In this document: piece after piece, positions 9,074 to 18,541 of the stretch
Position numbering within the stretch: position 1 is the stretch's first letter
Layout: each line of letters begins with the position of its first letter
Assembly: GCA_039933355.1 (NCBI GenBank)
Contig: JBDTOH010000002.1
Coordinates: forward strand, 1 to 37,183
Length of the DNA stretch: 37,183 nt
Direction of reading: 5' to 3'
Origin: Gemmatimonadota bacterium
Lineage (GTDB): Bacteria; Gemmatimonadota; Gemmatimonadetes; Gemmatimonadales; GWC2-71-9
The notes under the pieces: generated by a model
The model's database searches: none
What the model was told of the DNA's origin: nothing
Seen by the model: the letters and a program-made list of their open reading frames with translations, nothing else
Made by a program: the position numbers and the translations under genes

Positions 9074-9721
9074 CTACAGCTTGTGCGCCGCAAAGCCCTC
9101 GACGTGGACATCCAGGTTGTGATTGACCCGCAGGCCCACGACGCCGCTCGGGTCGTTACCCGCCTTGTCCATGGAGTAGACCGATTTCCCGTTGACGATG
9201 AAATTGACCTTGTCGCCGGCCGCATCGACCTCGATCTTGTTCGTCGCCTTACCGTCGTCGCCGGCCTTGTTGACCGCGGCGTTCGGCGTCCAGTCCACCA
9301 GGCTCGAGGTCTCGGCGCCCGTCCGCTTTTTCACGAGGTACGTGCCGTCGCCGCGGATCAGGAAGTAGATGTAGCTCTGATTCGCGCCGTCGAGGTCCTT
9401 GCCGGCGAAGAAGATCCCGTACCCTTCCGGGTGCATGGGCGCCTTCATTTGGGTAAAGCTCGCAACCGTGTGGAACTTGGGTCCAACCGTGCCGGTCGCG
9501 GTATTGTAAAGAATCGCCGCGGGGCCCAGCGTGACGTGGTAGCCGCTCCCCATTGGGACGAACTTCACGTTCGCGACGGGCGCATCTTTGTCCGGCTTGA
9601 CCGACCAGCCGGCGGGCGGCTTGCCTCCGCCCGCGACGTCTTTGTCTTTGTCGGCTTGGGCCAGGGCGGACGCCGTGGCCAGCACTCCCAGAGCGAGGGT
9701 GACAGCGATGGTGGCCTTCAT
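9074..9721 (-). CDS. Secreted hypothetical protein, beta-rich (jelly-roll/lectin-like by composition)
   Basis: ORF 9074..9853 is trimmed to ATG 9721, giving the signal peptide MKATIAVTLALGVLATASALAQA. The rest is a beta-strand-rich sequence with no catalytic motif I recognise. Confidence 0.6.
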   Translation of the reverse strand: MKATIAVTLALGVLATASALAQADKDKDVAGGGKPPAGWSVKPDKDAPVANVKFVPMGSGYHVTLGPAAILYNTATGTVGPKFHTVASFTQMKAPMHPEGYGIFFAGKDLDGANQSYIYFLIRGDGTYLVKKRTGAETSSLVDWTPNAAVNKAGDDGKATNKIEVDAAGDKVNFIVNGKSVYSMDKAGNDPSGVVGLRVNHNLDVHVEGFAAHKL

Positions 9722-9856
9722 TGGTAGCTCCTTGACTGCGCGTTGTAGGGGGCCGCTGGGGCGCTGCTGAACTGCCGGAATTGCCCCCAGGGCTGGTGCT
9801 GGTGTACAATAGTGACGCCTGAGAACGCTACCCGTTGAACACGAGACGCTCAAGCC

Positions 9857-10021
9857 ATGCTCGAAAAAGTCGGCCGGGTCCTTGCTATCCTTGGCGCCGC
9901 CGGTATCCTCGGCGCCTTGACCTTCGTCACCCTGCTGATCGGTGTCCTGGTCAACGCTATGGTGACCCTGATGGCCGGTCCGCTCGTAGATAAGCTCCTC
10001 AAGGAGAAGAGCCAGGCTTAG
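9857..10021 (+). CDS. Small (54 aa) hydrophobic membrane protein, hypothetical
   Basis: It is absent from the ORF track because it is under 60 aa. Sequence: MLEKVGRVLAILGAAGILGALTFVTLLIGVLVNAMVTLMAGPLVDKLLKEKSQA. There are two hydrophobic segments and third positions are mostly G/C. No clear SD is present. It overlaps the 3' end of the convergent 9999..10376 gene by 23 nt. Confidence 0.35.
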   Translation: MLEKVGRVLAILGAAGILGALTFVTLLIGVLVNAMVTLMAGPLVDKLLKEKSQA

Positions 10022-10376
10022 CCGGCGGTTTTTCCTCGACCTTCTCGGGAGTAGTGGCGGAGCGCATCGCCCCGTCGAAGTTGACCTTCAGGCTCGCCAA
10101 TCCCTCCCGCAGGCCCCGCACTTTCATCTGGATTCCACCGCCCCTGCGGGACATGATCGCCATCATTCCGCAGGTTTCCGCAAGCGCACCGAGCCCCATG
10201 CCGGAGGCCCCTGCTTTCATCTCGTCCAGCGTTCGTCCCAGCCGCCGGACCACCTGTTCGTCGGCGCGGAGCCCAGCGATCTCTTCGATGAGCCTGTGAA
10301 TCGTTTCCATCCTGGGAGGGAACGTCTCCAGCACCGCAACTTGGGCCTGCTGCCTGGAGGAGAGCTTGACCGCCAT
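9999..10376 (-). CDS. Hypothetical helical protein, Hpt-like by eye but lacking the phospho-accepting His
   Basis: ORF 9999..10478 is trimmed to ATG 10376 (MAVKLSS). The segment LGRTLDEMKAGASGMGLGALAETCGMM resembles the Hpt consensus H-x-L-K-G-S-x-x-x-L-G, with Asp in place of the His. Confidence 0.45.
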   Translation of the reverse strand: MAVKLSSRQQAQVAVLETFPPRMETIHRLIEEIAGLRADEQVVRRLGRTLDEMKAGASGMGLGALAETCGMMAIMSRRGGGIQMKVRGLREGLASLKVNFDGAMRSATTPEKVEEKPPAKPGSSP

Positions 10377-10495
10377 CGGAAGTGCCCCGCTGCTAAGACC
10401 GTTGCAATCTACTTGAAACGGGGCGGCGGGGGTGGGAAAGCGGACACTGCTACCACCTAGCCCATCCTCCGATATCACACCCTGAACCCGTCTCT

Positions 10496-10858
<363 letters not shown>

Positions 10859-10927
10859 CGCGTCGTTGCATGGGGGCGGTCCTCCGACGGGACGATTTGA
10901 AGCTACCGCTGTTCCGACCTGCCTGCC

Positions 10928-13900
10928 CTAGTCACGCCGAACGGCGTCTTCTCCGAGGACGGCACCGAGCGCGTCGATCAGCTGGTCGGTGTCGGCGGGA
11001 CCAAAGCACAGCGGGGGCTTGATCTTGATCACGTTATGATCCGGCCCGTCGGTGCTGAGCAGGACCCCCTTGTCCCGCATCCGGTTGACGATGTAACTCG
11101 CGGCGCGGGCATCGGGAAGTCGCTCCGAGCGATCCGCGACCAGCTCGATTCCCACGAAGAGCCCGACACCACGGACGTCTCCGATCACCGGGTGCCGAGC
11201 CATGAGCTCCTGAAGCCGAGCGAGGAGGTCGTTACCGGTTTCGAGCGCCCGCCATTGGAGTCGCTCCCGCTCGATCACGTCGAGAACCGCGAGCCCGATT
11301 GCGGCGGACACCGGATTCCCGCCGAAGGTGCTGAAGTACTCCATGCCGTTCGCGAACGACGCGGCGATCTCGGCGCTGGTCGCTACGACGCCTAACGGGT
11401 GCCCGTTGCCGGCCGGTTTTCCCATCACCACGATGTCCGGAACGACGTCCTGAGTCTCAAACCCCCAGAAGCGGGCTCCGACCCGGCCGAACCCGACCTG
11501 CACTTCGTCGGCGATCGCGACCCCTCCGGCGGCACGGACCCGCGCGTACACCTCCTTCAAGTAACCCGGCGGCGGGACGATCTGGCCGCCGCAGCTCAGG
11601 ATCGGCTCGGCCAGGAACGCACCTAACGGTTGGCCCGCTTCCGCCAGCGCCGCGATCGCCCCGTCTACGTGCGCGGCGTAGGCCGTGCCGATTGACGGAC
11701 CGGTTCCGCGGTAGAGGCCGCGATAGGGGTCGGGAAGGGGGAGCTTCCGCGCGTACGGCGCGAGCCCGCGGCCGCCCGGCCCTTCGCACTTGTAGGGGCT
11801 CAGCTCGACCAGCGTGGTGGTGTTGCCGTGATACGCGCCGTCGAGCACGATCGTTCCGCGGCGGCCGGTGTGGGTCCATGCCAGCCGGAGCGCCAGCTCG
11901 TTGGCCTCGCTGCCCGAGTTGACGAAGAAGCAGACCCGGAGCGGATCGGGCAACGTGGCGGTGAGCCGCTCGGCGTAGCGGATCACCGTCTCGTGGAGGT
12001 ACCGCGTGTTCGTGTTGAGCACCGCCATCTCGCGCCGGCCGGCGTGAACCACGGCGGGATGCGAATGGCCGACATGCGAGACGTTGTTGACCGCGTCGAG
12101 GAACCGGCGGCCCTCGGCGTCGTAGAGATGCTGCATCCAGCCGCGGACGATGTGGAGCGGTCGCCGGTATGACACGCTCAGGTTCGGACCGAGCAGCCCG
12201 CGCCGCCGCGCGAGAATGGCGGGGCCGTCGAGCGCGTCCCGATCCCGGAGGTCGGGCACGCCGGCCAGAACATGGGGATCCGGGCTCAGGCTCCGCCACA
12301 CCCGGCGCTCGGCCGGCCGCGCGACGCCCGGGAACTCGCCGGTCCGGTCGAGGAGATCCGTGATGAGCTGGAAGTGAACGTGCGGCGACCAGCCGCCGTT
12401 GACGGCCGGCCCGCCTAACCGTCCGACGATCGCCCCCGCGGAAACCGGCTGGCCGGGTGAGACATCGCGGAGCGTCTCGAGGTCGAGATGGCCGTAGAGA
12501 GTATAGAATCGCCCGCCGCCGTCGCCGTCCTCGAAGGAGTGCTCGACGATCACGGTGGGGCCGTAGTCGCCCGGAGCGGCGTTGTTCCGCACGCTCTGGA
12601 CTTTGCCCGCGACTGGTGTGCGCACCGGCGTGCCGGCGCTCGCAAACAGATCGACCCCGAGGTGAATCGTGCGCCACTCCGGCCCCTCGATCCCCTCGAC
12701 CCGGTACTGAGCCGTCGTGTAGACCAGCCGGGCCTCGTCGTACTCCCCGATCCCAACCCGCGCGCCGCGCTCGGCGAGGAACCTCTCGATCCTGCCGCTC
12801 AGGCGGGGCTCGTCCGCGAGTAATCTCAAGTCGTCGATGAATGGGCTTCCCACCGAAAGGTCGATCCGCGCCGTTCTTCCACCCTCGGCATCCAGCGGGA
12901 TCACCGGGTTGAGCTCGCTGCGGTGTGCCTCGATCCATCGCGAAACCCGGACCGACGCCGGGGCCGGGTCGCGGCTGCAGGCATCCCGAAGCCGATAGTG
13001 CGCCAGGCGCGGATGGATATCGGCGAGGCGGGTGAGAAGCTCCCAGGCCGGCGCTTCGCTGATCACGAGATACGCGTCGTCCGGCATCACGGCGCGCTGC
13101 ATCGCGGAATTGACGACGCTCACGGCCAGCCGGGCGACGACCAGCGGGAACACGGCGGCCAGCTCCTGGTCCGTCAGCGGGTTCACCCGGTTGTAGCCGG
13201 CCACAATCGCACCGGCGACCGCGATCGGGTCCGCGGAGCGGAGCATTGCGTACGCGGCCGCGACCGCGATTTCAGCGACTCGGGCCGTCCGGAGCATGTC
13301 GCCGAAGTCGATGATGCCGACGGTCGGCGCCGACTCGTCAGCGCCGCCGGCGACGAGCACGTTGTAGTCGTTGCCGTCGTTATGGATGATCTGCGCGGGC
13401 AGCCGGTCCCAGATCGGCGCCACCTGCTCGCGGTAGGCGCGGAACATCCGCTCGACGAGGGCGCGCCGGCTCGGGTCTCGGATTGCTTCGAAGTGCCCGG
13501 CGATCCAGCCCGCTTGAGCGAGGTCCCATTTGAGGCTCCGGGTCGCAGCCGGGTGGTCGAGCCCGGCGAGCGCGGCGTCGATCCGGCCTAACAGCTCGCC
13601 GAGGGCCTCGAGCTGCGCGGGGGTCTTGGGGTGGAGCTCGGCGAGGGGGACACCGGGGACCCAGGTCAGCATCCGGGCCAAGTGGTGCGTACCGCCGAGC
13701 GGGACCGTCACGATATCGCGCCGATCAGGCGTCCGGATGACCCTCGGGGCCTGGGCGAGAGGGGCGGCGGCCGCGATCCGCTCCATGGCCGCGTGCTGAA
13801 GCTCCAGGACGGACCGGTCTTCCGTGCCGTTGGCGATCTTGAAAACCGCCCGCTGGCCGCCCGCCGTCTCGATCAGGAAGTTGCGATCGCGCTCGCTGGG

Positions 13901-14032
13901 CAGCTCGGTTGCGGTTCCCTCGAGCCCGAAGTGCTCGGCGGCGAGCCGGGCCGCTTCGGCCGGGTCGATTGGAGGTCGTGGATAGACCAGTTGGACGTCG
14001 GTGCGGGGTGCGTTTGTCATGGGTCGGCTCAC
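10928..14032 (-). CDS. Tri-domain fusion: APH-family kinase (hydroxylysine-kinase-like) + M23 peptidase-like domain + class III aminotransferase-fold enzyme of the AGXT2L/phospho-lyase type
   Basis: Kinase part (about nt 13960-13000) has the Brenner motif IIHNDGNDYNVLV and IIDFGDM. M23 part (about nt 12760-12350) has HLGVDLFASAGTPV, YGHLD and SPHVHFQL. PLP part (about nt 12200-10940) has LDAVNNVSHVGHSHP, ADEVQVGFGRVG and MGKPAGNGHPLG. The start is GTG 14032, or alternatively ATG 14020. Confidence 0.85.
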   Translation of the reverse strand: MSRPMTNAPRTDVQLVYPRPPIDPAEAARLAAEHFGLEGTATELPSERDRNFLIETAGGQRAVFKIANGTEDRSVLELQHAAMERIAAAAPLAQAPRVIRTPDRRDIVTVPLGGTHHLARMLTWVPGVPLAELHPKTPAQLEALGELLGRIDAALAGLDHPAATRSLKWDLAQAGWIAGHFEAIRDPSRRALVERMFRAYREQVAPIWDRLPAQIIHNDGNDYNVLVAGGADESAPTVGIIDFGDMLRTARVAEIAVAAAYAMLRSADPIAVAGAIVAGYNRVNPLTDQELAAVFPLVVARLAVSVVNSAMQRAVMPDDAYLVISEAPAWELLTRLADIHPRLAHYRLRDACSRDPAPASVRVSRWIEAHRSELNPVIPLDAEGGRTARIDLSVGSPFIDDLRLLADEPRLSGRIERFLAERGARVGIGEYDEARLVYTTAQYRVEGIEGPEWRTIHLGVDLFASAGTPVRTPVAGKVQSVRNNAAPGDYGPTVIVEHSFEDGDGGGRFYTLYGHLDLETLRDVSPGQPVSAGAIVGRLGGPAVNGGWSPHVHFQLITDLLDRTGEFPGVARPAERRVWRSLSPDPHVLAGVPDLRDRDALDGPAILARRRGLLGPNLSVSYRRPLHIVRGWMQHLYDAEGRRFLDAVNNVSHVGHSHPAVVHAGRREMAVLNTNTRYLHETVIRYAERLTATLPDPLRVCFFVNSGSEANELALRLAWTHTGRRGTIVLDGAYHGNTTTLVELSPYKCEGPGGRGLAPYARKLPLPDPYRGLYRGTGPSIGTAYAAHVDGAIAALAEAGQPLGAFLAEPILSCGGQIVPPPGYLKEVYARVRAAGGVAIADEVQVGFGRVGARFWGFETQDVVPDIVVMGKPAGNGHPLGVVATSAEIAASFANGMEYFSTFGGNPVSAAIGLAVLDVIERERLQWRALETGNDLLARLQELMARHPVIGDVRGVGLFVGIELVADRSERLPDARAASYIVNRMRDKGVLLSTDGPDHNVIKIKPPLCFGPADTDQLIDALGAVLGEDAVRRD

Positions 14033-14101
14033 CCGGGAACGTATCCGATCGCCGGCCGCCTGTCACGTCCGTAGTGAGATCCCACGCCTATTAGCGACGC
14101 C

Positions 14102-14117
14102 GTTTCACGGCTGAAAC
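14102..14117. promoter_or_regulatory. Candidate operator palindrome upstream of the RND operon
   Basis: Perfect palindrome GTTTCA-CGGC-TGAAAC, 67 nt upstream of the RND pump start, in the 151-nt divergent intergenic region. A TATATT -10-like hexamer lies at 14148-14153. No regulator gene is adjacent. Confidence 0.25.
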
Positions 14118-14183
14118 CCCGCGCGCTCGATCGGCGTACCCCCGGTCTATATTGCGTCCAGGAATTTTCAGGAGTCCAGTCCA

Positions 14184-17100
14184 ATGGTCCTCTCGGATCT
14201 GTCGATCCGCCGGCCGGTCCTCGCCGCCATGTTCAGCGCGGGGCTTGTGCTGTTCGGCATCATCGGATATCGGCAGCTGTCGGTTCGGGAGTTTCCCGAC
14301 GTCGATCCCCCGATCGTCTCCGTCTCGGTCACCCTTCGGGGGGCCAACCCGGCCGTCATGGAGTCGGCGGTGACGGACGTGCTCGAGGAAGAGCTCTCGT
14401 CGGTCGAGGGGCTCCGCACGATGACCAGCAACAGCTCCGAGCAGCAGACCAACGTCACCCTCGAGTTCAACCTGAACCGGCCGATCGAGGACGCAGCCCA
14501 GGACACCCGGGACCTGGTCTCCCGAGTGCGGGGCAGGCTCCCGCAGGAGATCGAGGAGCCGGTCGTCAGCAAACAGGACGCGGACGCCCGACCGTTCATC
14601 TTCATTTCGGTCACCAGCGAAAACTACAACCTGCTCCAGCTTTCCGAGTTCGCCGATCGCTACGTCAAGACCCCGCTCCAGACGATCCCGGGCCTCGCGA
14701 GCGCGGCGATTCGGGGCGAGCGTCGCTACGCGATGCGGGTCTGGCTTTCAGCCACCGAGCTCGCCGCCCGCCGGCTCACCACGACCGACGTGATCAACGC
14801 GATCCGGAGCCGGAATGTCGAGATCCCGGCCGGCCGGATCGAGTCGGAGCGGCGCGAATTCACGGTGCGCTCGTTAGGCGAGCTCAAGACGCCGGAGGAG
14901 TTCGGGAACCTGGTCGTCGCCAACACCGGCGGCCAGATGGTCAAGCTCCACGACGTCGCCAAAGTGGAGCTGGCCGCGCAGGACGACCGGAGCCGGTTCC
15001 GCTTCAACGGCAAGCCCGCCGTCGGCGTCGCGCTCACTCGGCAGTCGAAGGCCAATCTGGTCGAGGTTTCCGACGCCGTCCGCGCGGCCATCCCGGAGAT
15101 CCAGGCCTCCGTGCCCAAGGGCGTCGAGCTGACCATCGGATTCGACCAGTCGATCTACGTGAAGCGGTCGATCAAGGAAGCCCAGGAAACCTTGGTGCTG
15201 GCGGGCGGGCTCGTCATTCTGATCATCTTCATCTTCCTCAGGAATCTCCGCGCCACGATCATCCCAGGCCTCGCGATCCCGACCTCGATCGTCTCGACTT
15301 TCGCAGTGATGTACTTCCTCGACTTCTCGATCAACAACCTCACGCTGCTCGCGCTCACGCTCGCGATCGGCATCGTCGTCGACGACGCCATCATCGTGCT
15401 CGAGAACGCGTTCCGCCATCAGGAAGAACTCCATGAATCTCCCGAAGAGGCCGCGATCAAAGGCACTCGGGAGATTGCGTTCGCGGTGATCGCCACCACG
15501 ATCGCACTGATTGCGGTGTTCACGCCGCTCGCGTTCCTCAAGGGATCGACCGGTCGGTTGTTCAACGAGTTCGGTATCGCGGTCGCGGCATCCGTGGCGA
15601 TCTCGGGGTTGGTGGCGCTCACGCTCACCCCGATGCTCTGCGCCAAGATCCTCCGGGTCCCCCCCCGCCACGGCACCCTCTACGTCATGCTCGAGCGCGG
15701 GTTCGAGGGGATCGCCACCGGCTATCAGCGCTCCCTCGGCGCAGCGCTTCGGCACCGGGGATTCGTCCTCGGCGGGGTCGGCGCGATGGTTGCGCTTGCG
15801 GTGCTGACGTTTACCCGGCTCAAGCGCGAGTTCGTGCCGCCGGAGGATCGCGGGCAGATCCAGGTCTCGGTGACCGCGCCGGAGGGGTCCACGCTCGGCT
15901 ACACGGACGAATACCAGAAGCGGGTCGAGGAGGTCCTGATGAAGACGCCGGAGGTCGAGACGACCACCGGTATCGTCGCCTTCGGTGGCGGGCGGGTCAA
16001 CAGCGGCTTCTCCTTCGTCCGACTCACCGACTGGTCGAAGCGTTCCCGGTCGGCTCAGGACATCATTGGCGAGCTGCAACCCAAGCTGAGCGCGATCCCC
16101 GGCGTCCTGGCCTTTGCAAATAACCCGCCCGCTTTCGGCGGCTTCGGCCAGCCGGTTCAGTTCGTGGTCCGCCACTCGGACTTCGAGCTGCTCGCAAAGG
16201 GAATGGACACGCTGATCAAGCGGGCCCGCCAGGTGAAGGGCCTGATCAACGTCGACACCGATTTGCGGGTTAACAAGCCCGAGCTCACGATCTCCTACGA
16301 GCGGGACCGGATGGAAGATCTCGGCGTGCCGGTCCGCGACGTCGCCAGCACGATGCAGGCGCTCCTCGGCGGGCAGCGGATCAGCACCTTCACCCGGAAC
16401 AACAAGCTCTACGACGTGATGGTCCAGCTTGCCGCGGAAGACCGTGCCACGCCGAGCGAGATGAGCGGTCTCACGGTGCGGGGGAGCGGCGGCGAGCTGA
16501 TCCAGCTCGATCAGGTCGCCCGGGTGACCGAAGGGGTCGGCCCCCGCCAGCTGAGCCACTTCGACCGGACCCGGTCCGCAACCTTGAGCGCGAGCCTCAT
16601 GCCCGGCTTTACCCTCGGCGAGGCGATCGATTCGCTCGATGCGCTCGCCACCGAAGTCCTGCCGGCCGGCAGCAGTACCCGGCTCGGCGGCGAATCGCGC
16701 GAGTTCAAGGAGAGCGGGAGCGCCCTCTATTTCGCGTTCCTGCTCGCGCTGGTCGTGGTCTTTATGGTGCTCGCTTCGCAGTTCGAGTCGCTGATCCATC
16801 CGCTCACCGTGCTGCTCGCCGTTCCGCTCGCGGTTACCGGCGCGATCTTCACCCTGTTCATCGCGAAGAGCACCATCAACCTCTACAGTCAGATCGGCAT
16901 GATTCTGCTGATCGGGCTGGTGACGAAGAACTCGATTCTCCTCGTGGAATACACGAACCAGCTGAAGTCCCGCGGCGTCGAGACGCTGGACGCGCTGCTC
17001 GAGGCGGGTCGAATCCGGCTCCGGCCGATCCTCATGACGTCGGTCGCCACCGTGATGGGCGCCATCCCGATCGCGTTAGGTCTGGGCGCGGGCTCGACCA

Positions 17101-17267
17101 GCCGGCGTCCGCTCGGCTACGCGATCGTGGGCGGCCTCGTACTCTCGACCGCGCTCACCCTCTATGTGGTGCCGGTAGCCTACTCGCTCATCGAGCGGCT
17201 CCGCGAGCGGGCGATGGGGCCCAAGGGCGTGCCGGTCGACGTCGCGACCGCGGGGGAATCGCGATGA
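14184..17267 (+). CDS. RND-family multidrug efflux pump, inner-membrane subunit (AcrB/HAE1-like)
   Basis: 1027 aa. N-terminus LSIRRPVLA, conserved GIVVDDAIIVLEN, and a 12-TM architecture with two large periplasmic loops. AGGAG lies 8 nt upstream of the ATG. Confidence 0.9.
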   Translation: MVLSDLSIRRPVLAAMFSAGLVLFGIIGYRQLSVREFPDVDPPIVSVSVTLRGANPAVMESAVTDVLEEELSSVEGLRTMTSNSSEQQTNVTLEFNLNRPIEDAAQDTRDLVSRVRGRLPQEIEEPVVSKQDADARPFIFISVTSENYNLLQLSEFADRYVKTPLQTIPGLASAAIRGERRYAMRVWLSATELAARRLTTTDVINAIRSRNVEIPAGRIESERREFTVRSLGELKTPEEFGNLVVANTGGQMVKLHDVAKVELAAQDDRSRFRFNGKPAVGVALTRQSKANLVEVSDAVRAAIPEIQASVPKGVELTIGFDQSIYVKRSIKEAQETLVLAGGLVILIIFIFLRNLRATIIPGLAIPTSIVSTFAVMYFLDFSINNLTLLALTLAIGIVVDDAIIVLENAFRHQEELHESPEEAAIKGTREIAFAVIATTIALIAVFTPLAFLKGSTGRLFNEFGIAVAASVAISGLVALTLTPMLCAKILRVPPRHGTLYVMLERGFEGIATGYQRSLGAALRHRGFVLGGVGAMVALAVLTFTRLKREFVPPEDRGQIQVSVTAPEGSTLGYTDEYQKRVEEVLMKTPEVETTTGIVAFGGGRVNSGFSFVRLTDWSKRSRSAQDIIGELQPKLSAIPGVLAFANNPPAFGGFGQPVQFVVRHSDFELLAKGMDTLIKRARQVKGLINVDTDLRVNKPELTISYERDRMEDLGVPVRDVASTMQALLGGQRISTFTRNNKLYDVMVQLAAEDRATPSEMSGLTVRGSGGELIQLDQVARVTEGVGPRQLSHFDRTRSATLSASLMPGFTLGEAIDSLDALATEVLPAGSSTRLGGESREFKESGSALYFAFLLALVVVFMVLASQFESLIHPLTVLLAVPLAVTGAIFTLFIAKSTINLYSQIGMILLIGLVTKNSILLVEYTNQLKSRGVETLDALLEAGRIRLRPILMTSVATVMGAIPIALGLGAGSTSRRPLGYAIVGGLVLSTALTLYVVPVAYSLIERLRERAMGPKGVPVDVATAGESR

Positions 17268-18541
17268 TCGGTGCCGTACTCGTCGCCGCGCTGCTGGCGG
17301 CGCCGGGAGATTCCATTCCCAGAATTTCCCTCGCGGAGGCGCTCAATCGCGCCACCCGGCTCGACCCCAACTACGTCTCCGCGCTCGCGTCGGTGAGCAG
17401 TGCGGATTGGGCTCGGCGGTCGGCCTTTGCGACGCTCGTGCTCCCGGCGATCAGCGTCGCCACAGATTACACCACGTATTCGACGGAAATCTTCAACACC
17501 GGCACCGCCCAACCGGCCAAGACGATCGTCACAGCGCGGGCCGACGCACGCTTCGAGCTCTTCAATGGCGGCCGCCATCTCGCGGACGTACGCCGGACTC
17601 GGGCCGAGCTCGAGAGCGCCGTCGCGACCGAAGTGCAGGTCCGGTATATCTCCGCGCTTCAAACCGAGTCTGCCTTTTATGCCGCCCTGAGCGAGCAGGA
17701 GCTTCGCGGGGTGGCTCAGGACCGTCTCCGGCGGGCCCTCGAACAGCTGGTCGTAGCCCGGGCGCGGGTCGTGAGCGGTGCCGTCGTGCAAACCGACTCG
17801 CTTCAGATCCTCCTCGAGGTGAACCGTGCCCGGGTCGGGTTGATCCGCGAGGAGGCCCGGCTCAACGTGGCCCGTCTCCAACTGGGCCGGCGAGTCGGGG
17901 AGAACGGGCCGGTCGAAGCGCTCCCGGCCGATACGCTGCATGCTCCTGCGCTGCCGCTCTCGCTGCCCGAGGCGATCGCCGTCGCGCTCGAGCAGGGGCC
18001 TGACTACCGGATCGCGCGCGCGAACGAACGAGGGGCGGTCGCGGCCTTGAGGGCGCAGAAGGCGAGCTACTTTCCAACCCTCGCTCTCTCCGCGAACATC
18101 TCATCGTTCGACGAGCGCTATTTTCCCACCGCGCTCACCCGCTCGTTCGCGTCGCTCTCGCTGAGCTTTCCGCTCTGGAACAATTTTGCTCGTGAGCTAG
18201 GAGTCGCCCGGGCTCGTGCGGGCCGCGATGTAGCGCAGGCGATCCGCTCGGACGTCGAGCGTGCCGCCGCCGCGGACGTGACCGACGCGTACCAGGCCTA
18301 TGAGACGGCCCGCGCCGCGACCGACTATGCGGTTCAGGGACTGACCATTGCCCAGGAGACGTTCCGGGTCCAGCAGGCGCGCTACCGGGCGGGCGCCAGC
18401 ACGATTCTGGACCTGCTCGAAGCCCAAACCGGCCTGACGGAGGCCGAATCCGAGCTGGTGCAGTCGCGCTATGCGATTCGACTCGCGCTCGCGGGACTGG
18501 AAGCCGTGCTCGGACGACGACTCTTCGAACTGAAGGAATGA
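17264..18541 (+). CDS. Outer membrane efflux protein (TolC/OEP family)
   Basis: The start overlaps the pump stop (ATGA). 425 aa with a duplicated coiled-coil / beta-barrel repeat pattern typical of OMF proteins (for example LDLLEAQ and RYAIRLALAGL near the C-terminus). Confidence 0.8.
   Translation: MIGAVLVAALLAAPGDSIPRISLAEALNRATRLDPNYVSALASVSSADWARRSAFATLVLPAISVATDYTTYSTEIFNTGTAQPAKTIVTARADARFELFNGGRHLADVRRTRAELESAVATEVQVRYISALQTESAFYAALSEQELRGVAQDRLRRALEQLVVARARVVSGAVVQTDSLQILLEVNRARVGLIREEARLNVARLQLGRRVGENGPVEALPADTLHAPALPLSLPEAIAVALEQGPDYRIARANERGAVAALRAQKASYFPTLALSANISSFDERYFPTALTRSFASLSLSFPLWNNFARELGVARARAGRDVAQAIRSDVERAAAADVTDAYQAYETARAATDYAVQGLTIAQETFRVQQARYRAGASTILDLLEAQTGLTEAESELVQSRYAIRLALAGLEAVLGRRLFELKE

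Noticed and set aside
11457-12938. 493-aa alternative minus-strand frame inside the fusion gene
   Set aside because: It is extremely Arg/Pro/Gly-rich. The other frame carries M23 and aminotransferase motifs.
14874-16799. 641-aa minus-strand ORF inside the RND pump gene
   Set aside because: It is antisense to an unmistakable AcrB-family gene. Its composition (runs of R, D, E, G) is typical of a high-GC shadow ORF.
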